The notes beneath the pieces were generated by a model. That model saw only the letters and a program-made list of their open reading frames with translations. It did not search any database and was not told the DNA's origin. The position numbers and the translations under genes were made by a program. From Chiloscyllium plagiosum (taxonomy: Eukaryota), in contig NC_057719.1 in the NCBI RefSeq assembly GCF_004010195.1, positions 80,823,436 through 80,887,435 of the forward strand: a DNA stretch of 64,000 nt, written 5' to 3'. This document shows positions 24,190 through 38,000 of the stretch, piece after piece; the first letter of the stretch is position 1; the number at the start of each line of letters is the position of its first letter.

Positions 24190-24940
24190 GCAAGGGGATA
24201 GTCAGCATAGCTTTGTACACGAGAAATCTCATCTCTCAAATCTGATCAAGCTTTTTTTTTGAAGAGGTGATCAGGAAGATAGGTGAGAGCGGTGCGGCAG
24301 GTGTTGTCATTAACATTAACTCTGATTTCCCTTTACAGATGTTGCCAGACGTGCTGAGCTTTTCCAGCAACTTCTGTTTTTGTTTCTGATTTACAGCAGC
24401 CCTAGTTCTTTCAGTTTTCAGGGTGAAGAAAGCGTTTAACGCACTTGCCTTATCAGAGCACCGAAGACAGGGGTCAGGATGTTCGTAACTGCTGTCCAAG
24501 ACATTGGTGAGACCACTTTTAGAATACGACATACAATTCTAGTCACCCTGGCATAGAAAGCATGTTATACTGGAACAAGTGTGCAAAAAAGATCTAAAGG
24601 GATATTACCAAGATTGGAGGGGTTGAGTTATAAGGAGAGGTTGGATAAGCTGGGACTTTTCTCCCACTGAAGTTTAGGAAGCTCAGGGGTGACCTCATCG
24701 AGGTTTATAAAATCCTAAGGTCTTTTCCATAGAGTAGGGGAGTCCAAACATTGAAGATATTGGTTTAAGATGAGAGAGCAAAGATTTAGAAAGGCACCCT
24801 TTATGCAGAGGGTGATGAGTGTGTGAAATGAGCTGCCAGAGGAAGTGGTACAGGTGGGTACAATTACAGCATTTAAAAGACATTTGAACAGATACATGGA
24901 CAGGAAAGGTTTAGATGGATATGGGCCAAAGGCAAGCAAA
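24190..24940 (+). mobile_element. CR1 fragments with an embedded PLE tail piece (24315-24420)
   Basis: 'cagcatagctttg..ctcaaatctgat' and 'ggtgagaccacttttagaatac', followed by the CR1 3' UTR. Confidence 0.8.
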
Positions 24941-25639
24941 CAGGACACGGACAAGTTAGGCCAGGAGCCTGTGCTAAATGGGATAGACTTTAACCAGATC
25001 TAGCAACTCAAGACTGATGTCCATGAGGCTCGGTTGGCCAGCAGCAGAAATGTACTCCAACACAAACTGCACCATTATGGCATGGTATATCCCCCAATCT
25101 ATCATTACCATCAAGCCATCAATCAGGGTATCAATACCGGTTCCATGAAGGGTGCAGGAGAGCATACCTGGAGCAGCACCAAACCGGTGAAACGACAATA
25201 ATGGACTACTTGCATCTTGACTATGGATTTATGTCCAATATCGATTGTTTAAAAACAAAGCAATGAAACCTTGAGTTGGATTCGATTTTCAATTGTCCAC
25301 AGGGGACACATTAATTACAGGAGCCCTCTCGGATGGCCTGTTAAATGTTCCAAAGCCTCCAGAGTACACTCCTGTTTTGAAAGTGACACAGGGGAGAGAG
25401 CTGGCAATCCTTTCACCTCCAATCACTTGTGAAGTTCCTTGAAGGCTCTTGTTGACATGCTGAAGAGAAGCAGATGGTGGTTTTGCAATTCAGATTGGAG
25501 ACAGCAACAGTCTCGTGTCTGTTAAGCAACTTTTCAGAAGCAATGGTGGAAGGCATTATGCAGTGTCTCTGCTGAACCTAAATTGCTGGAAAAACAGAGG
25601 TGTCTTGCAGGTAGTGAATCTAGTAAGTTACCAAAGATA

Positions 25640-27710
25640 CCAGAAATCACCCAGAATTAGAGATCCAAGCAGCTAGGGAGAATGAGGAGTGGAAGGAGAT
25701 TAACATTTCTAAAACGATTGAACTGGAGAAATTAATGGGGCTTAAAACTGATAAATTCCCAGGACCTGATGATCTACAGAGTGTAGATAGAGGCCATTCA
25801 GCCCATTGAGTTGACACCAACCCTCTCAAGAACCTACCTCCATAACCCTACATTTACCATGTTTAGCCCACCTAGCCTGCACATCCCTGAACACCATGTG
25901 ATAATTTAGCATGGCCAATCTACCTAACCTGCACATCTTTGAGTACTGCAGGAATTAGCACTTAGAGCCAGCTCTTTATCATATTGAGCAATGATTTGGA
26001 GGTGGGGACCAACTGTAATATTTCTAAATTTGCAGATGATACAAAGCTAAGTGAGAATGTTTGTTTTGAGGAACATATCACGGCTTTAAAGGATTGCAAC
26101 AAACTTAGTGAGTGAGCAAGAACATGGAATTTAACTTGAAAAAAAACGTGAGGTTCTTCACACTGGAAGGAAAAACAGATCTGCAGAGCATTTCTGTAAA
26201 GGCAGGAGGTTGGAAACTGTAGATGGACAATAGACCCAAGTGTCCTTGTTGATAAATTACTGAAGGCTAACATCCAGGTGTAGCAAACTATTCTAGAGTC
26301 ATACAGCACGGAAGCAGACCCTTTGGTCCAACCAATCCAAGCCAACCTTAATCCCAAACTTAACCAGTCCCACCTGCCTGCTCTTGGCTCATATCCTTCC
26401 AAACATTTTTTATTCATATACTTTTAAATGTTGCAACTGTACCCACATCCACCACTTCTTCTGGAAATTCATTCCACACACACACGGCCCTCTGTGCAAA
26501 AACATTGTCCCTCATGGTCATTTTTAAAATCTTTCTCCTCTCACTTTAAAAACATGCCCCTAAACTTGAAATCGCCGACCTTAGGGGAAAGACACCTACT
26601 ATTCACCTCATCTATACCCTTCATAATTTTATAAATCTCTAAGATCATCCCTCAACCTCCTAAACTCCAGTGAAGGAAGTCCCAGTTTTTCCAGCCTCTC
26701 CTTATCACTCAAGCCCTCCAGTCCCAGTAACAGTGGTAAATCTTTTCTGAACCTTCTCCAGTTTATTAATATCCTTCCTTTAACAGGATGACCAAAACCG
26801 GGCACAGTATTCCAGAACAAGCCTCACCAATGTCCTGAACAACTGCAACATGTTGTCTCAACTCTTATACTCAAAAAGCTGAGCAATGAAGGCAAGCATG
26901 CAAAACACCTTCTTAGCCGCCCAATCCACAGGTGATGCAAATTTCAAAGAATCATGTACCTGAACTCTTCGGTCTAATAGAATGTTAACCTTTGTGGCAA
27001 GAGGATAGGAATTGGAGGAGTCTTGTTTCAATTGTATAGGAGTTTGGTCAGACCACATCTGGTATGCAGCTTTATTCTCCATGTGTCCGGCAAGATATTA
27101 TTGCCATAAAGTGAGTATAACAAAGTTCACCAGACTTGGTCCTGGGATGGCAAGATTGTCCTATGAAGAGAGAGATTGGTCAAAATGGACCTATATCCGC
27201 TATACTCGCAAATGGGAAGTGATGCCATTGAAACTTATCATCCGAACCAGAGGACACAGCTTAAAAATACGGGGTAGACCATTTAGGACAGAGATGAGGA
27301 GAAACCTCTTCACCCAGAGAATGGTGGCTGTGTGGAATGCTCTGCCCCAGAGGGCAGTGGAGGTCCAGTCTCTGGATTCATTTAAGATAGAGTTGGATAG
27401 AGCTCTCAAGGATAGTGGAATCAAGGGTTATGGAGATAAGGCAGGAACAGGATACTGATTAAGGATGATCAGCCATGATCATATTGAATGGTGGTGCAGG
27501 CTTGAAGGGCAGAATGGCCTACTCCTGCACCTATTGTCTATTGTCTACTCAGTAATTAAAAAGTGAAGACAGGACTGATGCAGGTAAGGTATTCTCACTG
27601 GTTGTGAAGTCTAGAACCAGGGAGCAGAATTTAAGAATAAAGGGGCTTCCATGAGAATAAGATGAGAATTTCTTTGAACTTAGAGGGTTGTGAACATTTG
27701 GAATTCTCTA
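25640..27710. mobile_element. Nested CR1 cluster: + strand RT remnants, an HE1 tail (25770-25960, -), a - strand CR1 3' end (26296-26975) and a younger + strand 3' end (27235-27550)
   Basis: KSPGPD-like and KFADDTKL motifs, RTRGHSLKIRGRPFRTEMRRNLFTQR, and a (CTATTGT)n tail. Confidence 0.8.
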
Positions 27711-27729
27711 TCGTAACCATCGTTGCATT

Positions 27730-29930
27730 ATAGAAGTTTACAGTACAGAAAAAGACCTTTTGGCCCAATGCATTCATGTCTGTCAAAAACCATTTAACTA
27801 TTCCAGCCCCACTTTTCAGCACTTGGTCCATAGCCTTGTATGCTTCTCCATCACAAGTGTAGATCTACATACTGTTAAATGTTGAGGGTTTCTGCCTCTC
27901 TCACCCTTATACGCAATGGGTCCCAGATACCCACCACCTTCTGCGTGAAGTTTTCCTTCGTGTCCACCAAGTTCCCCCACCAAGAGGCAAGGCTCCTTCA
28001 TGTTTATCCTGTCTGTGCCCCTCATAATTTTGTACATCTCAATTATGTCTCTCCTCAGACTACTCTGTTCAAAAGAAAAAAAAATCCCATTCTATCCAAT
28101 CTCTCTTCATAACCAAAACTCTTCAGCCCAAGGCTTTATTGCTCAGACCATTGAGTGTAGGAGTTGAGAGGTCATGTTGGGTTATACAGGACATCAGTGA
28201 GGCCGCTTCTGAAGTGGTGTGTGCAGTTCTATACAGCTTGTGATGGGAAGGATTTTATTAAATTGAAGAGGAGGTTCAGAAAAGATTTCACCAGGATTTT
28301 GCCAGGAATGGAAGGTTTGAGATATAAAAAAAGATTGGAAAGGCTGGGACTTTTTGTTTTTACTGGAGCGCAGGGAGTTGAGCGGTGATGTTATGGAAGT
28401 TTATAAAATCATGAGGGGCTAGCTAAGGTGAATAGCAAAAGTCTTTTCCCAAAGATGGGGTGGAGGATTTTAAAACATAGTCAGCGTGGACTGCTTGGAC
28501 CAAGGGTCTGTTTCCATGTTGGATGGCTCTAGCCACATCCTAGTAAATCTCTTCTGTACCCTCTCCAGTGCTTTTACAACCCTCCTACAATGTGGATGCT
28601 AGAACTGCACACAATACTGTCGCTGTGGCCTAACCAATGGTTTATACAGTTCCAGCATAAAGTTCCTGCTCTTAATCTCTATGCCTCAGCTGATAAAGGC
28701 CAACACCACGTATGCCTTCTTAACCACTTTATCCATCTGTCCTGACACCCTGAGATACTAGTGCCCACGTGTACCAAGGTCTCTCATACTCTTGTTGCCT
28801 TCCATGTACTCTCTTGCCTTTTTGGTCCTGCCCAAATGCATCACCTGACATTAATCAGGATTTAATTCCACTTGCCACTGATGAGCTCATCTGAGCAGCC
28901 TGTCAAGATCTTCCTTAATCCAAGGATAAGATAATCACCCCATCAATTTCATTATCATCTGTGAACTTACTGATCAACCCTCCCAGATTCAAGTCTGAAT
29001 CATTTATATGTACCACAGACACGGCAAGGGGCGCAACATTCATCTCTGCCGGGCACCACCAGTCACAAAAAACATCCCTTGACCTCTGCTTCCTGAATCC
29101 AATTAGGTCAATTTCCTTGGATTCCATGGGATCTTGGTCTTTGCTATCAGTCTTCCATGTAGAGCCTCATCAAAAGCCTTGCCTAAGTCCAAGTAGATTC
29201 ATCAAGTGCATTGCCTTCATCTACACATCTTTTGTAAAAATGTAACCAAGTTTGTCAGGCATGATCTCCCCTTAATAATACTATGCTGACTATTCTTGAT
29301 TAATCCCTAACTCTTCAAGCGCAGATTAATTCTGTCTCTCAGAATTGCTTCCAATAAATTTCCTATCACAAAAGTCAGCCTGTAGTTTCCCGATTTATCC
29401 CTTCTCCTTGAGCAACAAGCCACATTGGTAGCCCCAAATCCTTTGGCACGTTTCCTTTGGTCAGAGAGAAATTGAAAATTATTGCCAGCACTCCTATTGT
29501 TCCCTCCCTTACCTCACTCCAAAGCCTGGGATACATTTCATCTGGCCCTAATCATTTATCTAGTTTGAAGTCTGCCAGAACCATGCAGAACCTCATCTCT
29601 GCTCACGCTAATTTCTTTAACTATATCACAGTCCTTTTCCCTGATTTCTATGTCACATCATCCCTCTCACTAGTGAGCACTGACACAAAATAATGATTTA
29701 AAACCCAATCTGCATCCTCCACCTCCATACACAAGTTACCATTGTGGTCCTTATCACACCTGACTCTTTCTCTAGTTTTCCTTTTACCCTTAATGTAGTC
29801 GGAAAATAACAAGATTTTCCTTTATCATTTTCTTTTACCTGCCATTATAGTTTCATGCCCCTTTTTAAACAAAATACTCTCCTTATTTCCTTTTTAAAAT
29901 CCCCGTGCACATTCTACACTCCTGTAGAAG
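27730..29930 (-). mobile_element. Old CR1 RT remnant with a nested + strand CR1 piece (28130-28530)
   Basis: INDSDLNLGGLISKFTDD on the - strand; LYRTSVRPLLKWCVQF on the + strand. Confidence 0.75.
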
Positions 29931-31191
29931 CTCAGACTGAGTATGTTTAAGGTAGAGATTGACAGGTTATTGATTACCAGTGGGCTTAGGATTGATAAAA
30001 GGTATTGAAGCATTAGATCAGCCCAGATCGTGTTGAATAACAGAGCAGGCTCAATGGGCTGAATGGCCTACTCTCGTTCACGTGGTCAGTTTCTAAGAGA
30101 TCATGCGATTTGAAAATTAACCCTCCTTTTGTTTCAAGGAACATAGTTTTTTTTCTCCAGATCAGTCAGACACTGAATGAGTTTCTCTCTCCAGACATCA
30201 TATATTGTTGTGCCCTGCTCGATATTTGATGAGCTCCATGTCACAGGCTGTGTCTTAACAAAGGAGAGAGAAAAAAAAATCAACCCAGCAACTAATAGCT
30301 CTAAAAACAATAATAGACATCTTCCTTTCAATCTTATTGACTCAAAACGACTTTTAAACTCATTCAAAACATCAAAGTATTGGTTTTGTTCATAACTGAC
30401 ATGTACATTTGTCTGACTCTGTCTCTGTGTATTTGTGAACTCGAATTTATGTGCAAGGGTTGGAGCATTTTTAAGAACATTTTCATAAATTGAGTAAACA
30501 AATAATTCATTTTCTTTTAATACTTACAAGAAAATCTATTATATTAACAGCACTTAAACATTTAGACAGCTAAAATAAATGTGCACATGCATGTGTGTGA
30601 TGTACACGTGCATGTGTGTGTTTGAGAAAGTGAGATACAGATTTTTTTTGGGGAGCCCTGTTGGAATATGATACACCAAGTCCTGAGGTGACTATTAAAA
30701 TTCAGCAAACCTATTCCTCCAAATAAAAGGGACAGCAAAAACTCTTTTGGAGCAGGAGTACAGGGCATTACTGGGACTTTCTAAAAGGGGAGTGGAATAC
30801 ACCAAACTGATCATCATGAGTTCCTACATTCATTAGGCCAAATGAAAATTTAGCTACCATAAGCTACCCAACTAAAAAAAGATTTTCTTCATGTCAATTT
30901 TTTTTTAGCACTGCAACAGTACCAGTTGCAGGAATGGTTGAGGGGAACAAAAATCAATTTCAAAATTGTTGAAGTGCAGAAAGCTGGAAAAAGAATGCAT
31001 CATTTGCCACTCTCATTTGAGAGCTTATTTCAGTCAACATTTGAAGAAAGTGGAGCATACTTGAAGTCTTCCTCCAGACAGCCATCGAGGAAGATCTCGG
31101 ACAACAATCTGGAACAGTATAAAACTGCTGCTTCTACAACCTGATTATTACACACATGGCGTTTTTTCTTTAGAACTGGTCTGTACTTCAC

Positions 31192-31295
31192 TGTGGCGAA
31201 AGTGATGAAGGGCTTCTGCCCGATAATGTCGAGTTTCCTGCTCCTCAGATGCTGCCTGACCTGCTGTGCTTTTCCAGCACCACTCTAATTTAGAC
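31192..31295 (+). mobile_element. Short PLE piece beginning at a damaged hammerhead, 12-bp TSD
   Basis: TCTGTACTTCAC at 31180-31191 and 31296-31307; gTGATGAAGGGC-ttct-GCCCGAtAATGTC. Confidence 0.8.
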
Positions 31296-31434
31296 TCTGT
31301 ACTTCACGGTGACCTAGCCAAGTGAGTAATCGTTGGAAGCAGATTTAGAAACAATACATGGAAAGGCACAATTTGGTCAGAAGTACACAATAGGTGCAGT
31401 CTGACTGAAGCATGAAGAAAGATCCCAGTAAGTG

Positions 31435-32940
31435 ACTGTAAGACATAGGAACAGAAATTGGGCCATTCAGCCCATCACGTCTGCGCCACTATTCAATCAT
31501 GGCTGATAAGTTTCTTAACCCCATTCTTCCATTTTCTCCATGTAATTCTTGATCCTCAAGAACCTATCTATCTATCTCCATCTTAAAATATACACAATGA
31601 CCTGGCCTCCACAGCCTTCAGTGGTGACGAATTCCATAGATTCCCCACTCTCTGGCTGAAGACGTTTCTCCTTATCTCCATTCTAAAAAGGTCTTCCCTT
31701 TACTCTAAGGCTGTGCCCTCGGGTCCTAGACTCTCCTACCATGAGAAACATCTTCCCACCATCCACGCTGTCCAGGCCATTCAGTATATTTCAATTAGTT
31801 TCCCCCCTCCTCCCTCTAAACTCCATCGAGTATAGACCCAGAGTCCTCAAACGTTCCTCATATGTTAAGCTTTTCAATCCTGGGACCATTCTCATTAACC
31901 TCCCGTGAACATTTTCCAGGGCCAGTACATTTTTCCTGAGATATGGGGCCCAAAACTGCACAGAATGCTCCAAATGTGATCTGACCAGAGCCTTATAGAG
32001 CCTCAGAAGTACATCCCTGCTTTTATATTCAAGTCCTCTCAAAATAAATGCCATCATTGCATTTACCTTCCTAACTACTGACTCAACCTGCAAGTTGACC
32101 TTGAGAGAATCCTGGATTAAGATTCCCAGGTCTCTTTGCACTTCAGATTGCTGAATTTTCTCCCCATTTGGAAATCAATCCATGCCTCTATTCTTCCTAC
32201 CAAAGTGCATGACCTTACATCTTCCTACATTGTACTCCATCTGTCACTTCTTTGCCCACTCTCCCAACGTATCCAAATCTTCTGCAACCTCCCCATCTCC
32301 TCAATGCTACTGTCCCTCTACCTATCTTTGTATCATCTGCAAACTTAGCCAGAATGCCCTCAGTTCCTACACCTAGATTGTTAAATGTATAAAGTGAAAT
32401 GTTGTGGTCCCAACACTGAGCCTTGCGGACCACTACTTGTCACCAGCCGCCATCCTGAGAAAGAGCCTGTTATCCCCACTCTCTGCTTTCTGCCAGACTG
32501 CCAAGCTTCTATCCATGCTACAACCTTGCCTCTAACACCACGTGCCCTTATCTTACTCACCTCCTGTGCGGAATCTTGTCAAAGGCCTTCTTTACATCCA
32601 TTGATTCTCCTTGGTCTAACCTGCTCGTTACTTCCTCAAAGAATTCTAGCTGATTTGTCAAACATGACCTTCCCTTGATGAAACCATGCTGACTTTGCCC
32701 TATTCTATCATACACTTCCAAGCGTTCAGAAATGTCATCCTGCACAATGGATTCCAGGATCATACCCATGGCCAAGGTTAGGCTAATCGGTCTGTAATTT
32801 TCCATCTTTTGCCTTACTCCGTTTTTAAACAGGGGTGTCACTTTAGCGATTTTCCAGTCCTCTGGGACCCTCCCTGATTCTAGCGATTCCTGAAAGATCA
32901 CCACTAACGCCTTCGCTATCTCTTCAGCTATCTCCCTTAG
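31435..32940 (-). mobile_element. CR1 LINE RT pseudogene (1.5 kb)
   Basis: PEDWKIAKVTPLFK, NYRPISLT, SQHGFIKGRSCLTN, KAFDKIPH, KFADDTKIG and LYKALVRSHLE. Confidence 0.95.
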
Positions 32941-33065
32941 CGACCCCTGACACCCATCCGATTAACTGTGCTTATCGCCCTCATTCAATGTAACAATCAA
33001 CACCATAATTTTGGTCCAATGGGCTAATTGGCTTACAAAATTGACAAGCAAATTATTAAAAAGAA

Positions 33066-33190
33066 AGGTTCCGAGGAAGGATCATTGAGCCAAAGATTTC
33101 TGTCCACAGATACTGTCAGACGTGCTGAGCTTTTTCCAGCAATTTCTGTTATTGATTTCCAGCATCCGCAGTTCTTTCAGTTTTTAATTT
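33066..33190 (+). mobile_element. Decayed PLE terminal-repeat piece
   Basis: Starts gttcCGAGGAAGGATC and is homologous to 11811-11912. Confidence 0.6.
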
Positions 33191-33791
33191 AAAAAAAGAA
33201 CACTTATCGCAATCAACTGAGAGGTGTGAAAAAAAACCGGGGTAATCATCCTCTTCCTTGACTAACAAACGATATAGTCAATACCACAGGGCAATCAGGG
33301 GGCAAGTTATTGAATGACAGTGAGAGTAGCTGGACTACCATTAAGAGAACTCTTGCCTCCTGTCAATTGATGGTGTAATTGTTTTTTTTTTGTTCAGATG
33401 CACCTCGGAGATGAGTGGGTCTTGAACCTGGACCTTCAGCCTAGAGGTGGGGATACTACCATTGAACCCCAAGACACACCCCCAAATCATGAATAGTTGC
33501 CCTCATGTCAAGACCTTAGCTTTTCTGGTTACGTTCCAATGCCCATATACAGTAAATCTGGAAGAGATTTTGAAGAATGTTATGATTACTTGCGTAGTTA
33601 TATCTTTAAATTTTAAGCACAACATTACTCAATGACCAACTGTATTTGATTGACACGAGCAATTGTCAATTGTAATCTCACACTTGACCTCTATTTGACA
33701 TTTGCCCACAATAACCTAGTTCGGGAACTCATTTGAGTGCAATATGGAACTATCTTCAGTCGGTCCACAGGACCAAGTGATTATGTGCTCG

Positions 33792-33805
33792 GTTGCTATA
33801 GTGAC
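33792..33805. promoter_or_regulatory. RFX X-box motif
   Basis: GTTGCTATAGTGAC; the reverse, GTCACT-AT-AGCAAC, fits GTHNYY-AT-RRNAAC. Lies in non-repetitive DNA. Confidence 0.45.
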
Positions 33806-34939
33806 ATGGGATTTCAATAACAACACACCATCAAAAGAAAATGTTACCCAACAGCAAAAAGTGTTTAATCTATGTAAGTAATCTAGCTGTTAATAATGCT
33901 GTCACCTACATCACTCGGGTGAAACATTTATATTCTTTAACTCTGACTCATTGCTAAATTATTTACATCTGACTGAACAAATTGATGTTCTCATATTTTA
34001 CAAGGAAGCCTCCTCAGCACTCTTACCCATTACCAAGAACTTTGCAGTGTCTGCTACCTCCACACGTAGTGTGTTTTTCTGCGTTATATGCCAGAACACA
34101 GCAGACACAACTGAAATGTGGACTCAGATAGGCGATAACACCTTGTTTTTATACTGACAACGGATTAATTTCTTTTCTTAGTGATTTCTGGTTTACATTT
34201 GAAGTCAGGTGAGTTACTAATGATCTGTTTTTGAAAGCTGCATAATAGGTCTGTCAGATTGAGGCTTTACAAAAGTGGTCACAATTGCCCTGGCATTAGT
34301 TTATCTACATGAATCCAGCAACTGGACAAGGGTTAGCCAGGGGAGAAGGACAGCAAGGAAAGAGGAATGCAGTGTCCTCTCTGGAGGTAAGAAGGTGACA
34401 GAAGAGGGAGAAAGTATTTAGACAAAGACAGGAATGAAACAATGTGGAAATGAGAGCTGGAGAGATGGAGGAAAGAGAGACCAAAAGGATATTAAGCTTA
34501 AGGAGTGCAAAGAAAAAAAAATACTGGGGATAAATAGGAACCGAATCTTTTAAAAAGGGTGCAAGAGATCAGATGAAGGAGAGGAGGGGTGGATGGCTGT
34601 TGTGTACATAGCAATCTAGTTAGGAAAGAAAGACAAAGAAATAGTGAATATTTAGACTGGAAGATGATAAGTCATAACTCAACGTCCTGAGTTAATGGGC
34701 CATAGGTCCTCAATTACCATAATTTAGTGCTTGATTATCCCCCTCAGGATCCCAGCATCAGGCTGAAACAAGGGGCTATAGTCCACATTGTGTGGGGGAC
34801 CAGTCACCTGTCTGTGATATTTCCCAGAATTGACAAGTTAGTACCCAGGAGGTAGGCACATTGTCCAACAAAGCATGGTACATGGGCTCAAACTGGAAGA
34901 TCAGCAGGAGACCTCTCAGAGCAGACTTACCTTTTGGGT

Positions 34940-35290
34940 AGAGTCAAAAGGGGTGATGCTGGAAGAAGCACAGCAGCTCAGGCAGCTTCTGAGGAGCAGG
35001 AGTCAACATTTCGGGCATAAGCCCTTCATCAGGAATGTGGAGAGAGCAAGGGGGCTGAAAGATAGATGGGGGGGGGGGGTGAGCTGGGGCATGGTAGATG
35101 AGATGGCGATAGGTAGATGTAGCTGAAGGGTAGTAGTGATAGGTCGGAGGAGAGGGTGGAGCAGATAGGTGGGAAGGAAGATGGACAGGTAGGTTAGGTC
35201 AGGTCATGAAGGTGTTGCCCATTTGGAGGGTTGGTTCTGGGGTGGAGTTTGGGAGGGGGGGCCGGTAAGATATGGAAACTGATGAAGTTC
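34940..35290 (-). mobile_element. PLE terminal repeat (GCAGCATCC family), older
   Basis: Homologous to 20825-21195. Hammerhead at about 35001-35036 with ACGT decayed to ATGT. Confidence 0.8.
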
Positions 35291-35558
35291 AAAGTTTGGG
35301 AGAAGATTTGTAGCTCGGGTGCTCGTTGTTGTGGTTCTGTTCGCCGAGCTGGGAATGTGTGTTGCAGACGTTTCGTCCCCTGTCTAGGTGACATCCTCAG
35401 TGCTTGGGAGCCTCCTGTGAAGCACTTCTGTGATGTTTCCTCTGGCATTTATAGTGATTTGTATCTGCCGCTTCCGGTTATCAGTTCCAGCTGTCCGCTG
35501 CAGTGGCCAGTATATTGGGCCCAACTGATTCAATCAACAAGCACATCGACCTGGACCT
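35290..35558 (-). mobile_element. Poseidon-type PLE terminal repeat with an inverted GIY-YIG C-terminal scrap
   Basis: The + strand at 35523-35556 encodes TDSINKHIDLD, typical of the end of these PLE ORFs. A hammerhead lies on the - strand. Confidence 0.75.
35364..35403 (-). ncRNA. Minimal type I hammerhead, intact core
   Basis: Minus strand: GCA CTGAGGA T GTCACC-tagaca-GGGGAC GAAA CGTC TGC. Confidence 0.75.
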
Positions 35559-36829
35559 CCAAGCTTGGAGTGCTGGTGCTCTGCAATTGCATAGATCCCT
35601 CAAATTGTCCAGTCAATCTCTGCCAATAGGATTTCAACAATCTCAATTCATCAGCTTCAGCCGGAGGCAAGTAACCCTGCTGTTCCCAACAACACTGCTC
35701 CCCCCATCCCGCCAAACCCCATGGCAGGACCAAACCAGCAAATTGATACACTAACCAGAGACATGAGGTTCCAAGCCTCTCTCTCAGCAGCTAAGCCTTT
35801 CAAAACAGGGTAGCTGTAGTGAAGGGGGAAGGCCCTTGGGTTGAGTCGGATACATTTCTCCTATTCCCAGACCCATTCGTGAGTACGCTTTAGCTGTCAC
35901 TCTAACTCCACATTCAATACCTCTATATCTATTTACTTCCAGTTCGGTTCCACCTGAGGTTTCTCCACCCAGTCTGTACTTAGTGTTTCTCATCCTTCTG
36001 AAAATGAGACTGTCAAACACAAGCGTTGACCCTTGAGAAGCAGCAACCCAAAGCCCTATCGTGTCCATTAGTGATCAGAAATTAATCTAATCACCCTCTT
36101 TTCCATCCAATACTGATCTAACAATCTCTCTCTCTACGTCTTCCCCTGGAAGGTACATTCACTTTGTACAAAGCCCCTTTCATTCACAACTGACTGTGTA
36201 TAATCACATCGTTTTGACTGAAACTGAGTTCAGTGGTAACAATGTCTTGCTCCTTACTGAAGGTTCTCTCTACTTTTCACCAACTGTTCCACCCCAACCT
36301 GCCAGTGTGGCTCCTATCACCATCATACATGCACTCTCCCACATTCCCTCGAGTGCACATTTCTTCTTGAAAGATCTTGCCCACTCCAGCCTTCTCACCT
36401 CCTCAGTCTACCTTATACTACATCTTACAACTGGTTTCTCAAGGTTTCTTGCCTCCTTTCTTCCATCAGCTTTTGCATTTCAACACTCTTAAGGAGTTGC
36501 TCTATGCATATCTTGGACATTCTTTGCCCTCATAATACATAATCCTCAGTGAACCACCCTGTCAATGTAAACTCTCCTGCCTATATGACCCATTCTATAT
36601 CAGCCCCTGCCTGGAGCTCATCTGCACCATCTGCTTGTACCTTTTTTTCCCCTGCTCCTTTTTCTCTTAACTTTAATCTACACACCTTCTGTCGAGAGTA
36701 AGCTGGTGCAGCGCAGCGTTTGAGCCAGATTGGCAGGCAGAGAGAGAAGGTTCCCTGGAATATGCAATGGCAGCAAAAACAGGCAGCCAGAGATCTCCCA
36801 GCATCTGTGGTGACGGCGAGTCGACAACT

Positions 36830-37330
36830 GGAAGGATGTTGTGAAACTTGAAAGGGTTCAGAAAAGATTTACAAGGATGTTCGAAGGGTTGGAAGGTTTG
36901 AGCTACAGGGAGAGGCTGAACAGGCTGGGGCTGTTTTCCCTGGAGCGTCGGAGGCTGAGGGGTGACCTTATGGAGGTTTATAAAATCATGAGGGGCATGG
37001 ATAGGATAAATAGGCAAGGTCTTTTCCCTGGGGTGGGGGAGTCCAGAACTAGAGGGCATAGGTTTAGGGTGAGAGGGGAAAGATATAAAAGAGACCTAAG
37101 GGGCATTTTGTTCCACACAGAAAATGGAATGAGCTGCCAGAGGATGTGGTGGAGGCTGGTACAATTACAACATTTAAAAGGCATTTGGATGGGTATATGA
37201 ATAGGAAGGGTTTGGAGGGATATGGGCCAAATGCTGGCAAATGGGACTAGATTCATTAAGGATATCTGGTTGGCATGGACAAGTTGGAACGAAGGGTCTG
37301 TTTTGTGCTGTACATCTCTATGACTCTATG
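36830..37330 (+). mobile_element. HER1/CR1 3' end (young)
   Basis: KLERVQKRFTRM...RRLRGDLMEVYKIMRG...SRTRGHRFRVRG, with tctatgactctatg tail. Confidence 0.95.
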
Positions 37331-37699
37331 AATGAAGGGAAAATTGAGCCAGCATGGTGAGAGGAAGCTGTTGCGTTGAAGAGCTCAGCGCAGAGGGGAT
37401 TGAGAGGCCAGCATGGCCAAGCACTTCAGGAGGTCTGTAACATTGAACTTCTAAGTTTACTTTCCTACTTTGTACATAAGATTTTGTACCCAGGTACCTT
37501 TGTACCCAAGATGGCACCGGGAAGGGCAACTTTATACACTTTTCACCATACTCTTGTACCCCTGTACCTGAATACACCTGACAATAAAAAAAACTTAATT
37601 CAAACATTGCTGTTGCTCAGAACCTTGGCACCAGTTACTTCCACATCTCCCACAATCCTCCATGGGGCAGGTTTCAAACCCTTCTTCAGTACCTTACCA

Positions 37700-38000
37700 T
37701 AAAATCTAACTGATGCTCAATGCCATACTGCAGAACAGTTGAAGGAGTTGTATTTTGGAAGAGATTATTCAACCAAAGTCCCCCTGCCCTATCAATTGGC
37801 TGCAGGAGATTCATTATTATTACTGGAGGTTTCTGGCTGATATCGATCCCTCTAATCAACATCATTCTCATGGCTATTTGAGAGAGAGAGTTACTATGTG
37901 CAAATTCCCTACATTATAGTGACTGCACTTTCAAAAGTGCTTCATTGGCTGTCATCACATCGTGAAAGGCACTGCAGAAATGCACGTGCTCCTTCTTCTT
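37700..38000 (+). mobile_element. Decayed Deu-domain SINE
   Basis: 3' end 'cactttcaaaagtgcttcattggctgt...gtgaaaggcactgcagaaatgca'. Confidence 0.55.

Noticed and set aside
25270..25470. Possible - strand exon after ctgcttctcttcag
   Set aside because: The 56-codon frame ends in a stop, has no recognisable homology and has no partner exons.
30060..30820. Possible old Gypsy-type LTR
   Set aside because: The composition is suggestive, but I could not identify TG..CA ends or a TSD.
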